Below are positions 42,780 through 53,790 of a stretch of DNA of 64,000 nt, piece by piece. The DNA is from an uncultured Nitrospiraceae bacterium (GTDB lineage Bacteria > Nitrospirota > Thermodesulfovibrionia > Thermodesulfovibrionales > UBA6898). A program made the position numbers and the translations under genes. The DNA is taken from contig CAWEQH010000001.1 in the NCBI GenBank assembly GCA_963811165.1, positions 32,001 through 96,000 on the forward strand. Reading direction: 5' to 3'. Numbering within the stretch: position 1 is the stretch's first letter; the number at the start of each line of letters is the position of its first letter. The notes under the pieces were generated by a model. It had not been told where the DNA came from. It worked only from the letters and a program-made list of their open reading frames with translations, and ran no database searches.

Positions 42780-45700
42780 TCACTCAAGCGTGAAATACAC
42801 CACGGTCCCCTTCCCGACTTCTCCTTCCGCCCACACCTTCCCGCCGTGGCGGCGGATGATCAGCTCCACAAGGCTAAGACCTATCCCTGTTCCCTCGAAC
42901 TCCTGAGAGGAATGGAGCCGATGGAACGGCTTGAAAAGTTTGCCTGAATATTTCATGTCAAAACCCGCTCCGTCGTCGCTAACGAAATAGGCATCTCTGT
43001 CTTCTCTCCTGACAACACCAAATTCGATCTTTGCGCTGGGGTGTTTGCTCGTGAATTTCCAGGCATTTTCAAACAGATTCTGAAGCACTACCTGAAGCAA
43101 AGGCATATCTCCTTTCACTTTCAGTCCGTCGGCTATGATAAAAGCAGCTTCTCTTTTGGGGTCTTTCTTCTTGAGTTCATAGGCTATTTGTTCCGCCATC
43201 GAGCTGAGGTCGACCGTCCTTTCATGCAAGTCCTGTCGGGTCACCCGCGAAAGGCCCAAAAGTGCGTCGATGAGCTGCGACATCCTCTTGCTTGCCGAAA
43301 CCACCCTATGGAAATAGTCCTTTGCGGTTTCATCCAGCTTCTCCAGATAGTCTTCCAGAATAATCTTCGTGAATCCCTCAATGCTCCTCAGGGGCGCCTT
43401 CAGGTCATGCGAAACCGAATAGGTATATGCTTCAAGCTCTTTGTTTACGGACTCAAGTTCCATGGCACGCCTCTTGAGTTCCTCTTCGGCCTTCTTACGG
43501 TCGGTGATGTCGCGTTCGGTTGTGGCAATCGACTCTACCGTCTTCCCGGTTTCGTCATAGCACGGCAGTTGCCGTCAGCCATATATCCAGTACGCGGCCG
43601 TCCTTTGTTTTGCGCCGGGTCTCGCAAGAAGAGACGATCTCCCCCGCAGTAAGCCTCCTGATCAGCCCAGCGACTTCGTCGGTCTTTTCGGAGGGTGTCA
43701 TGTCATATATGGTCATCTGCAATGCCTCGGCTTCGCTCCATCCATACATACTCTGCGCGCCTCGGTTCCACGTACGAATGCTGCCGGCCGGATTAAACAA
43801 GATGACCGCATCGTTAGAGTCCGTCAAGACCGTGGCCAGCCGACGGACCTGCACATCCGCCATCTTTAGCCGGGTTACGTCGCTAAAGGTAATAACTACG
43901 CCGTCAAGCAGGCCCTTTTGAGTCCGGTAGGGCATGAGGCGCACCAGGTAATACGAGCCGTCGGCATGCCTCACTTCCCGTTCAATGACGTCCGCGCCTC
44001 CGGCGACTTTGCGGGCATCGGCCGTCAGATCGAAATTTGTGAAATTCATCGACAGGTCGCTGATTGCCCGGCTCGTGTCGGAGGGGATCAGTTTCAGGAC
44101 CCGCGTGGTCGCCGGAGTGAAGAACTTGATTCGCAACCCGCCGTCCAGAAACAGCGTGGCGATCTCCGTTGACTTCATGAAGTTGTCCAGGTCGCTGTTG
44201 GCCGCATCCAGCCTCTCGACCTTGTCCCGAAGCTCGCTGTTGACGGTAATCAGTTCCTCATTTACCGACTGCAATTCCTCCTTGGAGGTCTCCAGCTCCT
44301 CGATCGTGGACTGGAGCTCTTCATTTGTGGAGACCACCTCCTCGTTGGCGACCCTGAGTTCCTCATTTGATGCCTGGAGGTCCTCTATAGTGGCCTGCAG
44401 TTCCTGTTGCGTCCCCCTTAATTCATCTTCAAGTTGCTTCACTGCTGTTTCGCTCTCGCCGCTTTGGGCCTGATGGGAAATCGGCGCCGACGACCGGAGA
44501 ACATCCTCGAAGATAACGGCCAATAGCGGCTCTGCGTGGGCCTTCTGCAATGCCGGAGTAATGGTGACGCGAACGAACGGGCTATCTTTGTCCCGCGTGA
44601 CCGGAACGCTGTCAAGCGTGACTGTCCTGCCGTCCTCAATCGCCTTATGCATCGCCACCCGCAGTTTGGTGGATAATCCTCCCTTGGCTATTTGTAACAG
44701 GTTCAAGTTGGGTTCTGCAGTCGGCATGTCCAGATACTTACCGGTCTGCCCGTGGAATTGAAGGATCTGTCCTTTTCTGTCAGTCAGTACGACGCTTGCG
44801 GAAAAATGACCCAGGAGCACCTGCCGGATTACGTCCGCCAAGGCGGCCACCGTAGGCTTGATCGCTACAGGTCCGGCGTGCAGCATCACCCTCTTTTTTC
44901 CCGGCAGAATCGGTGAATCCAGGACGATCGGACGGGCAGGGGTAAGGCGGCGGTAAATCCTCGCCTTCTTCGAGACAATATCGAACAGGTCGTTTTGGCC
45001 GCTGATCCCCTCCGATTTTCCCAGAAACAGATATCCTCCGGGGTTAAGAGCAAAGTTGAAAAGCGGCATCAGCCTCGTCTGTGTGTCTGTATCCAGATAG
45101 ATCAGCAGATTGCGGCAGCTGATGAGGTCCATTTTGGAAAAAGGGGGATCGGTAATAAGGTTATGCACGGCAAAGACGACCGCCTTTCGGAGCAACTCGC
45201 TGATCTGGTAGCCCCGCTCATTCCTGATAAAAAAACGCGACAGGCGTTCGGGCGGCACGTCTATGGCAATGCTTTCCGGGTAGATGCCCTGTCGGGCGAA
45301 TTCCAGTGCGTCCTCATCAGCGTCCGTCGCAAATATCTGTAAGAGACGGTCTTTGCGGGCCGTCCCGAGTTCTTCCATCAGGATCATGGCCACGGAATAC
45401 GCCTCCTCGCCTGAGGCGCAGCCCGGGACCCAGACCCTCAACGGCTCGCCGGCCTTTTTGGCCTGGACCAGAGGAACAACCGCCTCCTTACGGAGGTCCT
45501 CGAACGCCTCGCCATCCCTAAAGAAAGAGGTGACGTTGATGAGCAAATCCTTGAATAACTGGGTCACCTCGTCGGTGTCCTGCCAGAGCAATTGGTAATA
45601 CCGGGCAAAGTCGGAGATGCGGTGAACGCCCATGCGGCGTTCTATCCGCCGCACGATGGTGCTCTTTTTGTAGCATCTGAAATCGGCTCCCCGTTGGCTG

Positions 45701-46467
45701 AGAATAAGTGCCAGAATGTCCTGAAGGCCCCCGGGTTTTCCTTCGGCCTCGAGGACGGCCGTCGGCACTCCTCCCCTTACATAGGGATGCCGGAGATAGT
45801 TCAGGAGAGTTTCAGCCATACGGTCCGGCGAGAGGACGAGGTCCACCAGCCCCGTGGAGATCGCGCTTCGGGGCATGTCGCCGAATTGGGCCGTCTGCGG
45901 GTCCTGTGTAATAGCCAGTCCTCCGGCGCCACGGACCGCCCGAACTCCCAGTGTCCCGTCCGAGCCGGCCCCTGAAAAGACGATGCAGATCGCCCGCTCC
46001 TGCCGGTCCTCCGCCAGGGAACGAAAGAAAAAGTCGATGGGCATCCGAATGCCGTCGCGTTTGTTCTGCCCGACAAGATACAGAACTCCCGCCCGTACCG
46101 CCAGATACTGATTGGGTGGTATTACATAGACGCAGTTTGGTTCAACGGTCATCGCATTTATGGCCTGAAAGACCCTCATTTGCGTCTGCTGGGCCAGGAG
46201 TTCGGTCATGAGGCTCTCATGGGTGGGGGCCAGATGCTGGATAACGACAAAGGCGGCCCCGCTGTCGGGGGGCATTGTAGTGAAGAAAGTCTTTAAGGGG
46301 TCCAGGGAGCCGGCCGACCCGCCAATACCGACTACAGGGATGCCCGAGGAGATTTGGGCCGAACCGGCGGCTTCTTTGTCAGGCCCGGCCGGTTTATCCG
46401 CGTCTTTGGATGTGGGTGACTGACCCCGCTTCTTGCTATGCTGCCGTTTTATTTTTTTGTCATTCAT
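42780..46467 (-). CDS. CheB-CheR-PAS-histidine kinase fusion; +1 frameshift at ~43560
   Basis: CheB (GGSAG, QHL, GSDG), CheR (INVTSFFRD, GCASGEEAYS, SCRNLLIY), EELQS coiled coil, PAS domains, then SHDLKAPL...GTGIGL; removing one C gives TAVYDETGKTVESIATTERDITDRKKAEEE. Confidence 0.9.
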
Positions 46468-46588
46468 TTATTCTGCCATTAGTTCAAACAAAAGAGACCG
46501 TCGATAGCACATCTTATCACAAAAATTTATTTTTATTACTTGGGCAATTAAATAGAAGTCTTAGTGGCTGTCATTATATCTTGTCCGA

Positions 46589-46663
46589 TAACCCCTCCCC
46601 GCCTCCCCTTATCAGGGGAGGATCCGCCCCTTCCCCCTTGATAAGGGGGGATAGAGGGGGGTT
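46589..46663. repeat. Inverted pair of palindromic repeat family A with no intervening gene (REPIN/MITE-like)
   Basis: TAACCCCTCCCCG-CCTCCCCT-TATC-AGGGGAGG, ~11-nt spacer, then CCCCCTT-GAT-AAGGGGG-GATAGAGGGGGGTT. Confidence 0.85.
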
Positions 46664-46723
46664 GGTTTCCCGACCTGTTGTCATTATCCCTCTTGAGATA
46701 TATACTTCAGACATGGACATAGT

Positions 46724-47266
46724 ATGGAGCAGATAAAGATATTTAAGGCAAGAAACGGGGAGGAGATCACCCTCAGACCGGCCGAGCTCGGTGACTCCTG
46801 TGAAATCATTGATACCGTGCGGTCTGGAGCGCTTGAACGCAGTTATGTCCTTATGGAGCAATATGGCAAGAACATCGAGACTGAGAGGGAGTATATCGGC
46901 CGACTGGACCGTGACAAAAACCTTCTCATGGTCGCGGCCGCCGGGATTAATGTCGTAGGCTGCCTGGCAGCGCTCCAGTCTGACGCCGGCAGGAGGGAGG
47001 CAACGGCCCACATCCTCCATGTCGGACTCCACCTCAGAGAGGCCTACAGGGGGCTGGGCATAGGCTCCGAGATGCTCGCCTATGCGGAGGAATGGGCAAA
47101 GGGACGAGGTTTCAAGAAATTGGAGGCGAGCATCTTTACAGGGAACAAGCGTTCTCTCCACCTCTTTGACCGCGCCGGCTTTAAAGAGGAAGGGGTAAGG
47201 AAGTTGCGGGTAAGGGTGGGCAGGGACTACCTCGACGAAGTGCTGGTCGGCAAAATACTGCCGTAG
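46724..47266 (+). CDS. GNAT family N-acetyltransferase
   Basis: YRGLGIGSEML...N.RSLHLF.RAGF.EEG. Confidence 0.9.
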   Translation: MEQIKIFKARNGEEITLRPAELGDSCEIIDTVRSGALERSYVLMEQYGKNIETEREYIGRLDRDKNLLMVAAAGINVVGCLAALQSDAGRREATAHILHVGLHLREAYRGLGIGSEMLAYAEEWAKGRGFKKLEASIFTGNKRSLHLFDRAGFKEEGVRKLRVRVGRDYLDEVLVGKILP

Positions 47267-47297
47267 ATCACCCCCCGAGGCCGCCTGGAAAGATCAT

Positions 47298-47810
47298 TTA
47301 TTCCAGGACCTTTCTCAGCTGTTTCGTAATATCCTCCTGGACGCCTCTTTCCCGGTATCTAATCACTCCTTCCCTGTCGATAAGGATATTCGTTTCGATC
47401 AACGCGCCGAAGGCCGACGATACCTTATTGTCCTCATCATAGGCGACCGGGAAGCTTATGTGGTTATCCCTGACGTAGTCCGCTATATACCCCTTGATGC
47501 CGAGGTTTACGCCGAGGAACTCAATGCGGTCTCCAAACTCCTTATATAGCTTCTCCACACGGGGAAGCTCATTCTTGCAGTATGGTCACCAGGTTGTCCA
47601 GAAGAAAAGGTAGACCGGTTTTTTCCCTTTAATGTCTCGCTCGTAGGAAATTTCCTTCCCCTGGAGGGTGACAACATGAAAATCGGGCGCCTTGTCCCCG
47701 GCCCCAAGTGCATACGTCTTCGAAGGAAGAAAGACCAGCGATAATAAAAAAATACCCCATACTGCAAAGGCTATATTTTGTCCGACAAAAAAAGAAATTT
47801 TCTTTACCAT
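47298..47810 (-). CDS. TlpA/redoxin-family thiol-disulfide oxidoreductase, probable selenoprotein (UxxC)
   Basis: ORFs 47586-47810 and 47298-47558 share a frame; read-through gives APDF...FFWTTW-U-PYC-KNELP...FPVAYD...ILIDREGVIRY. Confidence 0.88.
47548..47569 (-). promoter_or_regulatory. Putative bacterial SECIS hairpin
   Basis: AGCTTCCCC-GTGT-GGAGAAGCT (8 of 9 pairs, GU-initial tetraloop), starting 16 nt after the TGA. Confidence 0.7.
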
Positions 47811-47888
47811 ATATTCGTCTTCCTCATTAAGAAACTGGGTTATTCCCTTTTTTGCTCTTGGTGAAGTTCCGCCTCAGTGAGTGCACTA

Positions 47889-48188
47889 TTAGCCCCCCGC
47901 CTCGGACATATTTTTCTCGCACACCAGCGCCTTACACTCGGAAAGGGCACTCGCTACTTTCCTTCTCGCACTGGCAAGGATCCTTTGGACGGTCCCCCGC
48001 GATATCCTCATCATTTTGCCGGCCTCTTCCTGTGTCAAGCCGTCAAGATCGCAGAGCTTCAAGGCCTCAAGTTCATCCCTGTAGAGGATTATCTTTTCGA
48101 TTTCCGACATCGGGACCCCTGACGGTTTAAACGCATTACCCCTGAACTTGCAGCCGCAAAGCCTTGGTTTTTTATATCTCGGCGACAT
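47889..48188 (-). CDS. DUF134 (UPF0251) HTH protein
   Basis: MSPRYKKPRLC...FKP.G...DELEALKLCDLDGLTQEEAG..M.ISRGTVQRIL.SAR.KVA. Confidence 0.92.
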   Translation of the reverse strand: MSPRYKKPRLCGCKFRGNAFKPSGVPMSEIEKIILYRDELEALKLCDLDGLTQEEAGKMMRISRGTVQRILASARRKVASALSECKALVCEKNMSEAGG

Positions 48189-48205
48189 CCCAGATATCCC
48201 TTATT

Positions 48206-48249
48206 ATGTGCATATGCACATTATACTAATCGCGGGCTATCTCTGTCAA
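48206..48249 (-). promoter_or_regulatory. Consensus sigma70 promoter with overlapping 16-bp palindromic operator
   Basis: Minus strand TTGACA (48249-48244), N18, TATAAT (48225-48220); perfect palindrome ATGTGCATATGCACAT at 48206-48221. Confidence 0.75.
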
Positions 48250-48395
48250 CAAAACCGATAGCGGCGCGGTCATTTTTTTCCAAATCAACACCTTCGATCT
48301 TTTTTATCCCCGCACTGCAGACCGCACCGTCATAAGGGGTGATTTTGATTAATGTCGATTTACCTACGAGAACTCCAATGAGAGCCGGGTGCCGT

Positions 48396-49328
48396 CTACG
48401 GAGATTCGGAAACAAACAGCCCTGTGCTAAGATAGCGCTCCCCCCGGTCTGGGAATATCACCACGACTTTCTTCCCCTTGCCGAGTTTGCGCGCTACTTT
48501 CATTGCGGCCCACATCGCTGCTCCAGAGGATATTCCCGCAAGTATTCCTTCATTTTTTGCAAGGGCACGCGCAGTCTCGGCAGCATCGCCGTCGGAAACG
48601 GGTATGACTTCATTATAGATCTTTGTATTCAATACCCCCGGGACAAAGCCTGCGCCAATGCCTGCGATCTTGTGAGGCCCGGGGCTGCCGCCCGATAATA
48701 CAGGGGATGCTGCGGGCTCGACTGCCGCGATCCAGATCCCCGGATTACGGTCTTTAAGCACTTCTCCTACCCCGGTGATGGTGCCGCCCGTGCCTATGCC
48801 TGCAACGAACCCCTCCGGCGCACTGCCAAGGTCGTTAAGGATCTCCAGTGCGGTAGTCCTTCGGTGCACCTCGGGATTTGCCGGATTTTCGAACTGCTGC
48901 GGCATAAAGTAATAGTCGGGATGACCCTGATGGATCTCCACTGCCTTGTCTACTGCGCCTTTCATTCCCTTCTTGCCTTCGCTCAGGACTAATTCTGCGC
49001 CATACGCCTGCAGGAGTTGCCGCCTCTCCATCGACATCGTATCCGGCATGGTGAGGACCAGCTTATATCCCTTGATCGCCGCCACCATGGCAAGCCCGAT
49101 GCCCGTGTTGCCGCTCGTGGGCTCGATTATCGTTCCGCCGGGTTTTAGCTTCCCTTCTTTCTCTGCAGAGTCAATCATCGAAAGCGCGATCCTGTCCTTG
49201 ACGGAGCCGGCCGGGTTACCTCCCTCGAGTTTCGCCCATACCTCGGCGTCCCCGGAACCGGTCATACGGTTTACCCGGACGAGGGGCGTATTGCCGATCA
49301 GCCTTAAGATATCCTCATACAATTGCAT
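48396..49328 (-). CDS. cysK: Cysteine synthase A
   Basis: [61 protein letters not shown]. Confidence 0.95.
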   Translation of the reverse strand: MQLYEDILRLIGNTPLVRVNRMTGSGDAEVWAKLEGGNPAGSVKDRIALSMIDSAEKEGKLKPGGTIIEPTSGNTGIGLAMVAAIKGYKLVLTMPDTMSMERRQLLQAYGAELVLSEGKKGMKGAVDKAVEIHQGHPDYYFMPQQFENPANPEVHRRTTALEILNDLGSAPEGFVAGIGTGGTITGVGEVLKDRNPGIWIAAVEPAASPVLSGGSPGPHKIAGIGAGFVPGVLNTKIYNEVIPVSDGDAAETARALAKNEGILAGISSGAAMWAAMKVARKLGKGKKVVVIFPDRGERYLSTGLFVSESP

Positions 49329-49443
49329 AAAACCTCCCCTTAGCCGGCAGGTACGGCCAAAAATGCTGTTTGTTCAGCAAATTATAGCACAGGGGCAAAG
49401 AAGTGTTCCTAATAAAAAATGGAATAGTGTAAAATCGAAGGTG

Positions 49444-50283
49444 ATGGCTATCATGATCACAAAATCATCCGGCCGGCGGGAGGAATTTCTTGCGGAGAAG
49501 CTTGCCGAATCACTCATGCGCTCGGGCGCCTCACCGGAGGTGGCACTCGATATCGCAAGGCAGGTCGAAAGACAGATATCCCCTGCATCTCATACCAAAA
49601 ATATCTTTAGACTCGCCAAGAGGATGCTGCGGAAGCATAACGCCGCCTCCGGGATGAGATATTCTTTGAAGAGCGCCCTCTCGGCACTCGGACCCTCCGG
49701 CTACCCCTTCGAAAAATATGTCGCCAGAATACTGCGGGTCTATGGCTATGAGGTCGAGGTCGACAAGATTTTAGAAGGTTACTGCGTGGGTCACGAGGTC
49801 GATGTCTACGGGAGAAAAGGGAACGAACATTGCGTCATCGAGTGCAAGTACCACAGCGACGGCGGAAACGCTACCGATGTGAAGGTCGCCCTTTATGTCC
49901 ATGCAAGATTTGAAGATATACGAAAGGCGTTTGTCGCAAAGTCGGACCAGGGGGCCGTCCTTCGCGGATGGCTGGTCACAAATACCCGCTGTACGGCCGA
50001 CGCGATAAAATACGCGGAATGCGCCGGTCTCAAGATCGTAAGCTGGAGGTATCCGGCAAAAGAGAGCCTCGAAAAGATTATCGAAGAAAAGAGGCTATAT
50101 CCTGTCACCCTTCTTCCCTCGGCAAGGAAAAAAGCCCTTGCCTTCCTCTTTAGAAACAACATAATACTTGCCCAGGAAATAGCTGACATGGACGAGCGGA
50201 CCTTCTTGAAAAAAAGCGGCCTCGACTCGGAATCCGGCCGTCTCATAAAAAAAGAGGCGGATGACCTTTGCCCCTGCACGTAG
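49444..50283 (+). CDS. ATP-cone + Mrr-like restriction endonuclease domain protein
   Basis: ITKSSGRREEF..EKL..SL..SGA (ATP cone); GPSGYPFEKYV, HEVDV, IECKYH, LVTNT. Confidence 0.85.
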   Translation: MAIMITKSSGRREEFLAEKLAESLMRSGASPEVALDIARQVERQISPASHTKNIFRLAKRMLRKHNAASGMRYSLKSALSALGPSGYPFEKYVARILRVYGYEVEVDKILEGYCVGHEVDVYGRKGNEHCVIECKYHSDGGNATDVKVALYVHARFEDIRKAFVAKSDQGAVLRGWLVTNTRCTADAIKYAECAGLKIVSWRYPAKESLEKIIEEKRLYPVTLLPSARKKALAFLFRNNIILAQEIADMDERTFLKKSGLDSESGRLIKKEADDLCPCT

Positions 50284-50376
50284 GTTTTCCATTTGCCCGG
50301 ATTTATGCTATCTTACCATATCGACTCTGCTTAATAAGTCAGCCTGAACAATATAAAAAAGACCCAGGAGGCAATT

Positions 50377-51729
50377 ATGAGAGAGACCAAGATCGTGCTC
50401 CCCGACAGGGATATCCCGAAGCAGTGGTATAACATCATGGCAGACATGCCGAACCTTCCGAAACCGCCACTCCATCCGGCAACTAAGCAGCCCGTCGGCC
50501 CCGATGACCTGAAGGCCATCTTCCCCATGTCGCTGATTGAACAGGAAGTGTCGACCGAGCGCTGGATAGACATCCCTGAAGAAGTCTTGGATATCTACAC
50601 CCTCTGGAGACCTTCGCCGCTTTACAGGGCACACAGGCTCGAAGCAGCGCTCAAGACCCCTGCGAAGATCTACTACAAGCATGAAGGCGTGAGTCCTGTC
50701 GGCAGCCATAAGCCCAACACATCTATCCCACAGGCCTATTACAACAAAAAGGCCGGGGTAAAAAGGATAGCTACCGAGACAGGCGCCGGGCAGTGGGGCT
50801 CCGCACTCGCACTGGCGGGCAGTCTTTTCGGGATCGATGTAACGGTTTACATGGTCAAAGTCAGTTTTAGCCAGAAGCCCTACCGGAGAATTGCTATGGA
50901 GACTTGGGGGGCAACGGTCCACGCCAGCCCGTCGACACTTACGAATTCAGGTAGAAAGATAATCGAGGCAGACCCGGACAGTCCGGGGAGTCTCGGCATC
51001 GCCATATCCGAGGCGGTCGAGGACGCCGCAACGCATAGTGATACTAATTATGCGCTCGGCTCTGTCTTGAACCATGTCCTGCTCCACCAGACAGTAATCG
51101 GCCTTGAGGCCAAAAAACAGTTCGAACTCGCAGGGGATTATCCTGACGTCATCATAGGATGCTGCGGCGGGGGCAGCAATCTCGGAGGCGTAAGCTTTCC
51201 GTTTCTGCAGGACAAGATCAACGGCAAAAAAATGAGGGTCATTGCGGCCGAGCCGATATCCTGCCCGACGCTTACAAAGGGCGAATTCAGATACGATTTC
51301 GGAGATACGGCAGGGCTCACTCCCCTGATGATGATGTATACCCTCGGCCATGACTTTATGCCGCCCGGTATCCACGCAGGCGGACTGCGGTACCATGCGG
51401 ATGCGCCGCTGGTATGTCAGCTTTACAACGACAAACTAATCGAGGCGGTCGCCTTCGGCCAGACAGCCTGCTTCGAGGCGGCCATCCAGTTCGCAAAGAC
51501 GGAGGGCATAATCCCTGCCCCTGAAAGCTCGCACGCCATCAGGGGGGCGATTGACGAGGCACTGAAAGCCAAAGAAGAGGGCAAAGAGAAGACCATATTT
51601 TTCAACCTAAGCGGTCACGGTTATCTCGATATGACCGCATACGAGGCCTATCTTGCCGGCAAACTCATCGACTATTCCTATCCCGATGAGAAAATTAAGG
51701 AAGCACTGGCAAAGCTGCCGGTGATTTAG
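50377..51729 (+). CDS. trpB2: TrpB-like PLP enzyme (type 2 tryptophan synthase beta)
   Basis: [57 protein letters not shown]. Confidence 0.93.
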   Translation: MRETKIVLPDRDIPKQWYNIMADMPNLPKPPLHPATKQPVGPDDLKAIFPMSLIEQEVSTERWIDIPEEVLDIYTLWRPSPLYRAHRLEAALKTPAKIYYKHEGVSPVGSHKPNTSIPQAYYNKKAGVKRIATETGAGQWGSALALAGSLFGIDVTVYMVKVSFSQKPYRRIAMETWGATVHASPSTLTNSGRKIIEADPDSPGSLGIAISEAVEDAATHSDTNYALGSVLNHVLLHQTVIGLEAKKQFELAGDYPDVIIGCCGGGSNLGGVSFPFLQDKINGKKMRVIAAEPISCPTLTKGEFRYDFGDTAGLTPLMMMYTLGHDFMPPGIHAGGLRYHADAPLVCQLYNDKLIEAVAFGQTACFEAAIQFAKTEGIIPAPESSHAIRGAIDEALKAKEEGKEKTIFFNLSGHGYLDMTAYEAYLAGKLIDYSYPDEKIKEALAKLPVI

Positions 51730-51741
51730 ATTTATATACTT

Positions 51742-51775
51742 GTAAGGGCGAACCCCTGTTCGCCCTGTATTTTTT
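51742..51775 (+). repeat. REP-like hairpin / possible terminator between trpB2 and trpF
   Basis: GTAAGGGCGAAC-CCCT-GTTCGCCCT followed by GTATTTTTT. Confidence 0.55.
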
Positions 51776-52393
51776 ATGGTCAAGGTTAAAATCTGCGGCA
51801 TAACGAATCTTGAAGACGCGATGGCCGCCGTCGATTTCGGGGCCGATGCCCTCGGGTTTGTCTTTTTCAGGGAGAGTCCAAGACATATTACCCCGACAGA
51901 AGCGGCCGCCATCATCAGGTACCTCCCTCCCTTTATTCAGTCCGTCGGTGTCTTCGTCGATGAGACTGCCGAGACCATCGAACGAACAATCTCTTCATGC
52001 TGCATAGATATAATTCAGATGCACGGCAGTGAACCTCCTGAAAAATGCGGATCCTCCCGGCGCGTGATAAAGGCGATCCGGATCAAGAACCTGGACAGTC
52101 TTGCCCCCCTTGCCGGCTACCGGGGAATGGTTTCCGCCTTCCTCCTTGATGCCTACGCATCCGATGCCTTGGGCGGGACCGGCCGCGTATTCAACTGGGA
52201 TATCGCCGTCGAGGCTAAACAATTCGGCAACGTGATACTTGCAGGGGGACTGACTCCTGAGAACGTTTCGGATGCGGTACGGCATGTTCGTCCCTATGCA
52301 GTGGATGTCAGCAGCGGGGTCGAAAAGGCGAAGGGGAAAAAAAACCTTGCCAAGATGAGGTTGTTTATCGAGAGGGCAAAAGGGGCGATTTAG
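51776..52393 (+). CDS. trpF: Phosphoribosylanthranilate isomerase
   Basis: VKICGIT, GADALGFVF..SPR, QMHGSE, GGTG..FNW, LAGGL.PENV, VDVSSGVE. Confidence 0.96.
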   Translation: MVKVKICGITNLEDAMAAVDFGADALGFVFFRESPRHITPTEAAAIIRYLPPFIQSVGVFVDETAETIERTISSCCIDIIQMHGSEPPEKCGSSRRVIKAIRIKNLDSLAPLAGYRGMVSAFLLDAYASDALGGTGRVFNWDIAVEAKQFGNVILAGGLTPENVSDAVRHVRPYAVDVSSGVEKAKGKKNLAKMRLFIERAKGAI

Positions 52394-52507
52394 AGATTAC
52401 GCTACCGCAGTCATGAAGCGTTCTTATTTAAGATTTCTCCCCGCCTTACTTTTTCTCTTATCTGTTTTTCCTTCCTGCCCAAGAAAAGTTCGTTGAACTT
52501 AAAAAAT

Positions 52508-52583
52508 TGGTGGCGGTGCAGGGATTCGAACCCCGGACACTGCGAATATGAGTCGCATGCTCTACCACCTGAGCTACACCGCC
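52508..52583 (-). tRNA. tRNA-Met (CAT), elongator-type
   Basis: GGCGGTGTAGCTCAG...TGCGA-CTCATAT-TCGCA...GGTTCGAATCC...GCCACCA; 76 nt with encoded CCA; G1-C72 pair argues against an initiator (tRNA-Ile2 not excluded). Confidence 0.93.
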
Positions 52584-52668
52584 GTTGAGGGTAAACAGTG
52601 AATAGTCTAAAGGCAACTGCAAAGAAAATTCAATAAATCCGACCTAAATTATACCAAAAACAGCTCTA

Positions 52669-53790
52669 CTAATAAAAGAGGGAGAACCTGCGGGTGCGGA
52701 TGTTTATGAGGACCCCGGCCGAGATGAAATTAGAAAGCAGCGCGGTGCCGCCGTAACTCATAAACGGAAGGGGGATCCCTACGACCGGCATAATGCCAAG
52801 GGTCATTCCGATGTTTACGATGAAGTAGACGGAGAACATGAAGGTGATCCCTGCGGCCAGCATCATCCCGAATTCGTCTTTCGCCTTCCGCACGGTGTCA
52901 AGCCCCCGCATGATAAGGAGGAGGTAAAGTGAGAGCAGGATGAGTGACCCGCCGAACCCCCACTCCTCCGCAAATACCGCGAAGATAAAATCGGTATGCC
53001 TTTCAGGAAGGAACTTGAACGGCCCCTGGGTCCCCTTGAGGAAACCCTTTCCGAAAATTTCTCCGGACCCTACCGCAACCTTCGACTGGTTGATATGGTA
53101 CCCTATGCCTGAAGGGTCCGCTTCGGGGTCGACAAAGGCGATCAGCCTGTTTTTCTGGTAGTCTTTGAGCCCGGTCCACATGATGTTCCCAAGGAAAGGC
53201 AGGGAGACGAGCCCTATTATTACCACAAGGGCGACGGCCCTGCGCTGAAGCCCCTTTGTCAGGAGCATCGAAAAAAAGATGATAAATACCACGATGGCGG
53301 TCCCGAGATCAGGCTGTTTGACGAGAAGGACAAAAGGGAGAAACGCAATTACGAAAAATACCCTGAGCAACTGGACTATGTCCACCTCGCCGTGGAGAAG
53401 GCTCAAATATTGCGAGAGCATGATGATGAAGATCAATTTGAAAAATTCCGACGGCTGAAACGCCACAGGCCCCAGACTTATCCAGCGCTGGGCACCCATG
53501 CCTGTCTTGCCTGAGACAAGGACGATAAGGAGGAAAATTAATCCGGTCACATAGGCGGGGACCGAAATGCGGCTGAGCCATATATAATCGAAGCTCACAG
53601 AGGCGATCAGGCCGATCAGACCGATTAAAAGCCATATCGACTGTTTGATGAAAAGGGGAGATTGGGCAGTCTCGCCCGGCGGGCGCGTTGCGCTAAAGAC
53701 TGTCATAATGCCGATGAGCGATATAATGATTACTGTCGCGAAGGTCACCCAGTCGAAATTCTGTATCAGTCTCCTGTCAATTTTGAACAT
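52669..53790 (-). CDS. rodA: Rod shape-determining protein RodA
   Basis: GAQRWI, FQPSEF, QPDLGT, FLPERHTDFIF, GIPLPFMSYGG. Confidence 0.96.
   Translation of the reverse strand: MFKIDRRLIQNFDWVTFATVIIISLIGIMTVFSATRPPGETAQSPLFIKQSIWLLIGLIGLIASVSFDYIWLSRISVPAYVTGLIFLLIVLVSGKTGMGAQRWISLGPVAFQPSEFFKLIFIIMLSQYLSLLHGEVDIVQLLRVFFVIAFLPFVLLVKQPDLGTAIVVFIIFFSMLLTKGLQRRAVALVVIIGLVSLPFLGNIMWTGLKDYQKNRLIAFVDPEADPSGIGYHINQSKVAVGSGEIFGKGFLKGTQGPFKFLPERHTDFIFAVFAEEWGFGGSLILLSLYLLLIMRGLDTVRKAKDEFGMMLAAGITFMFSVYFIVNIGMTLGIMPVVGIPLPFMSYGGTALLSNFISAGVLINIRTRRFSLFY

Noticed and set aside
48946..49443. Long N-terminal extensions in the ORF track (also 11501-11878 and 61053-61418)
   Set aside because: They overlap real genes on the opposite strand; domain starts and RBS positions favour the shorter starts
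52508..52583. tRNA-Met as an island or prophage integration site
   Set aside because: Flanked by core genes; no integrase or duplicated tRNA 3' end seen
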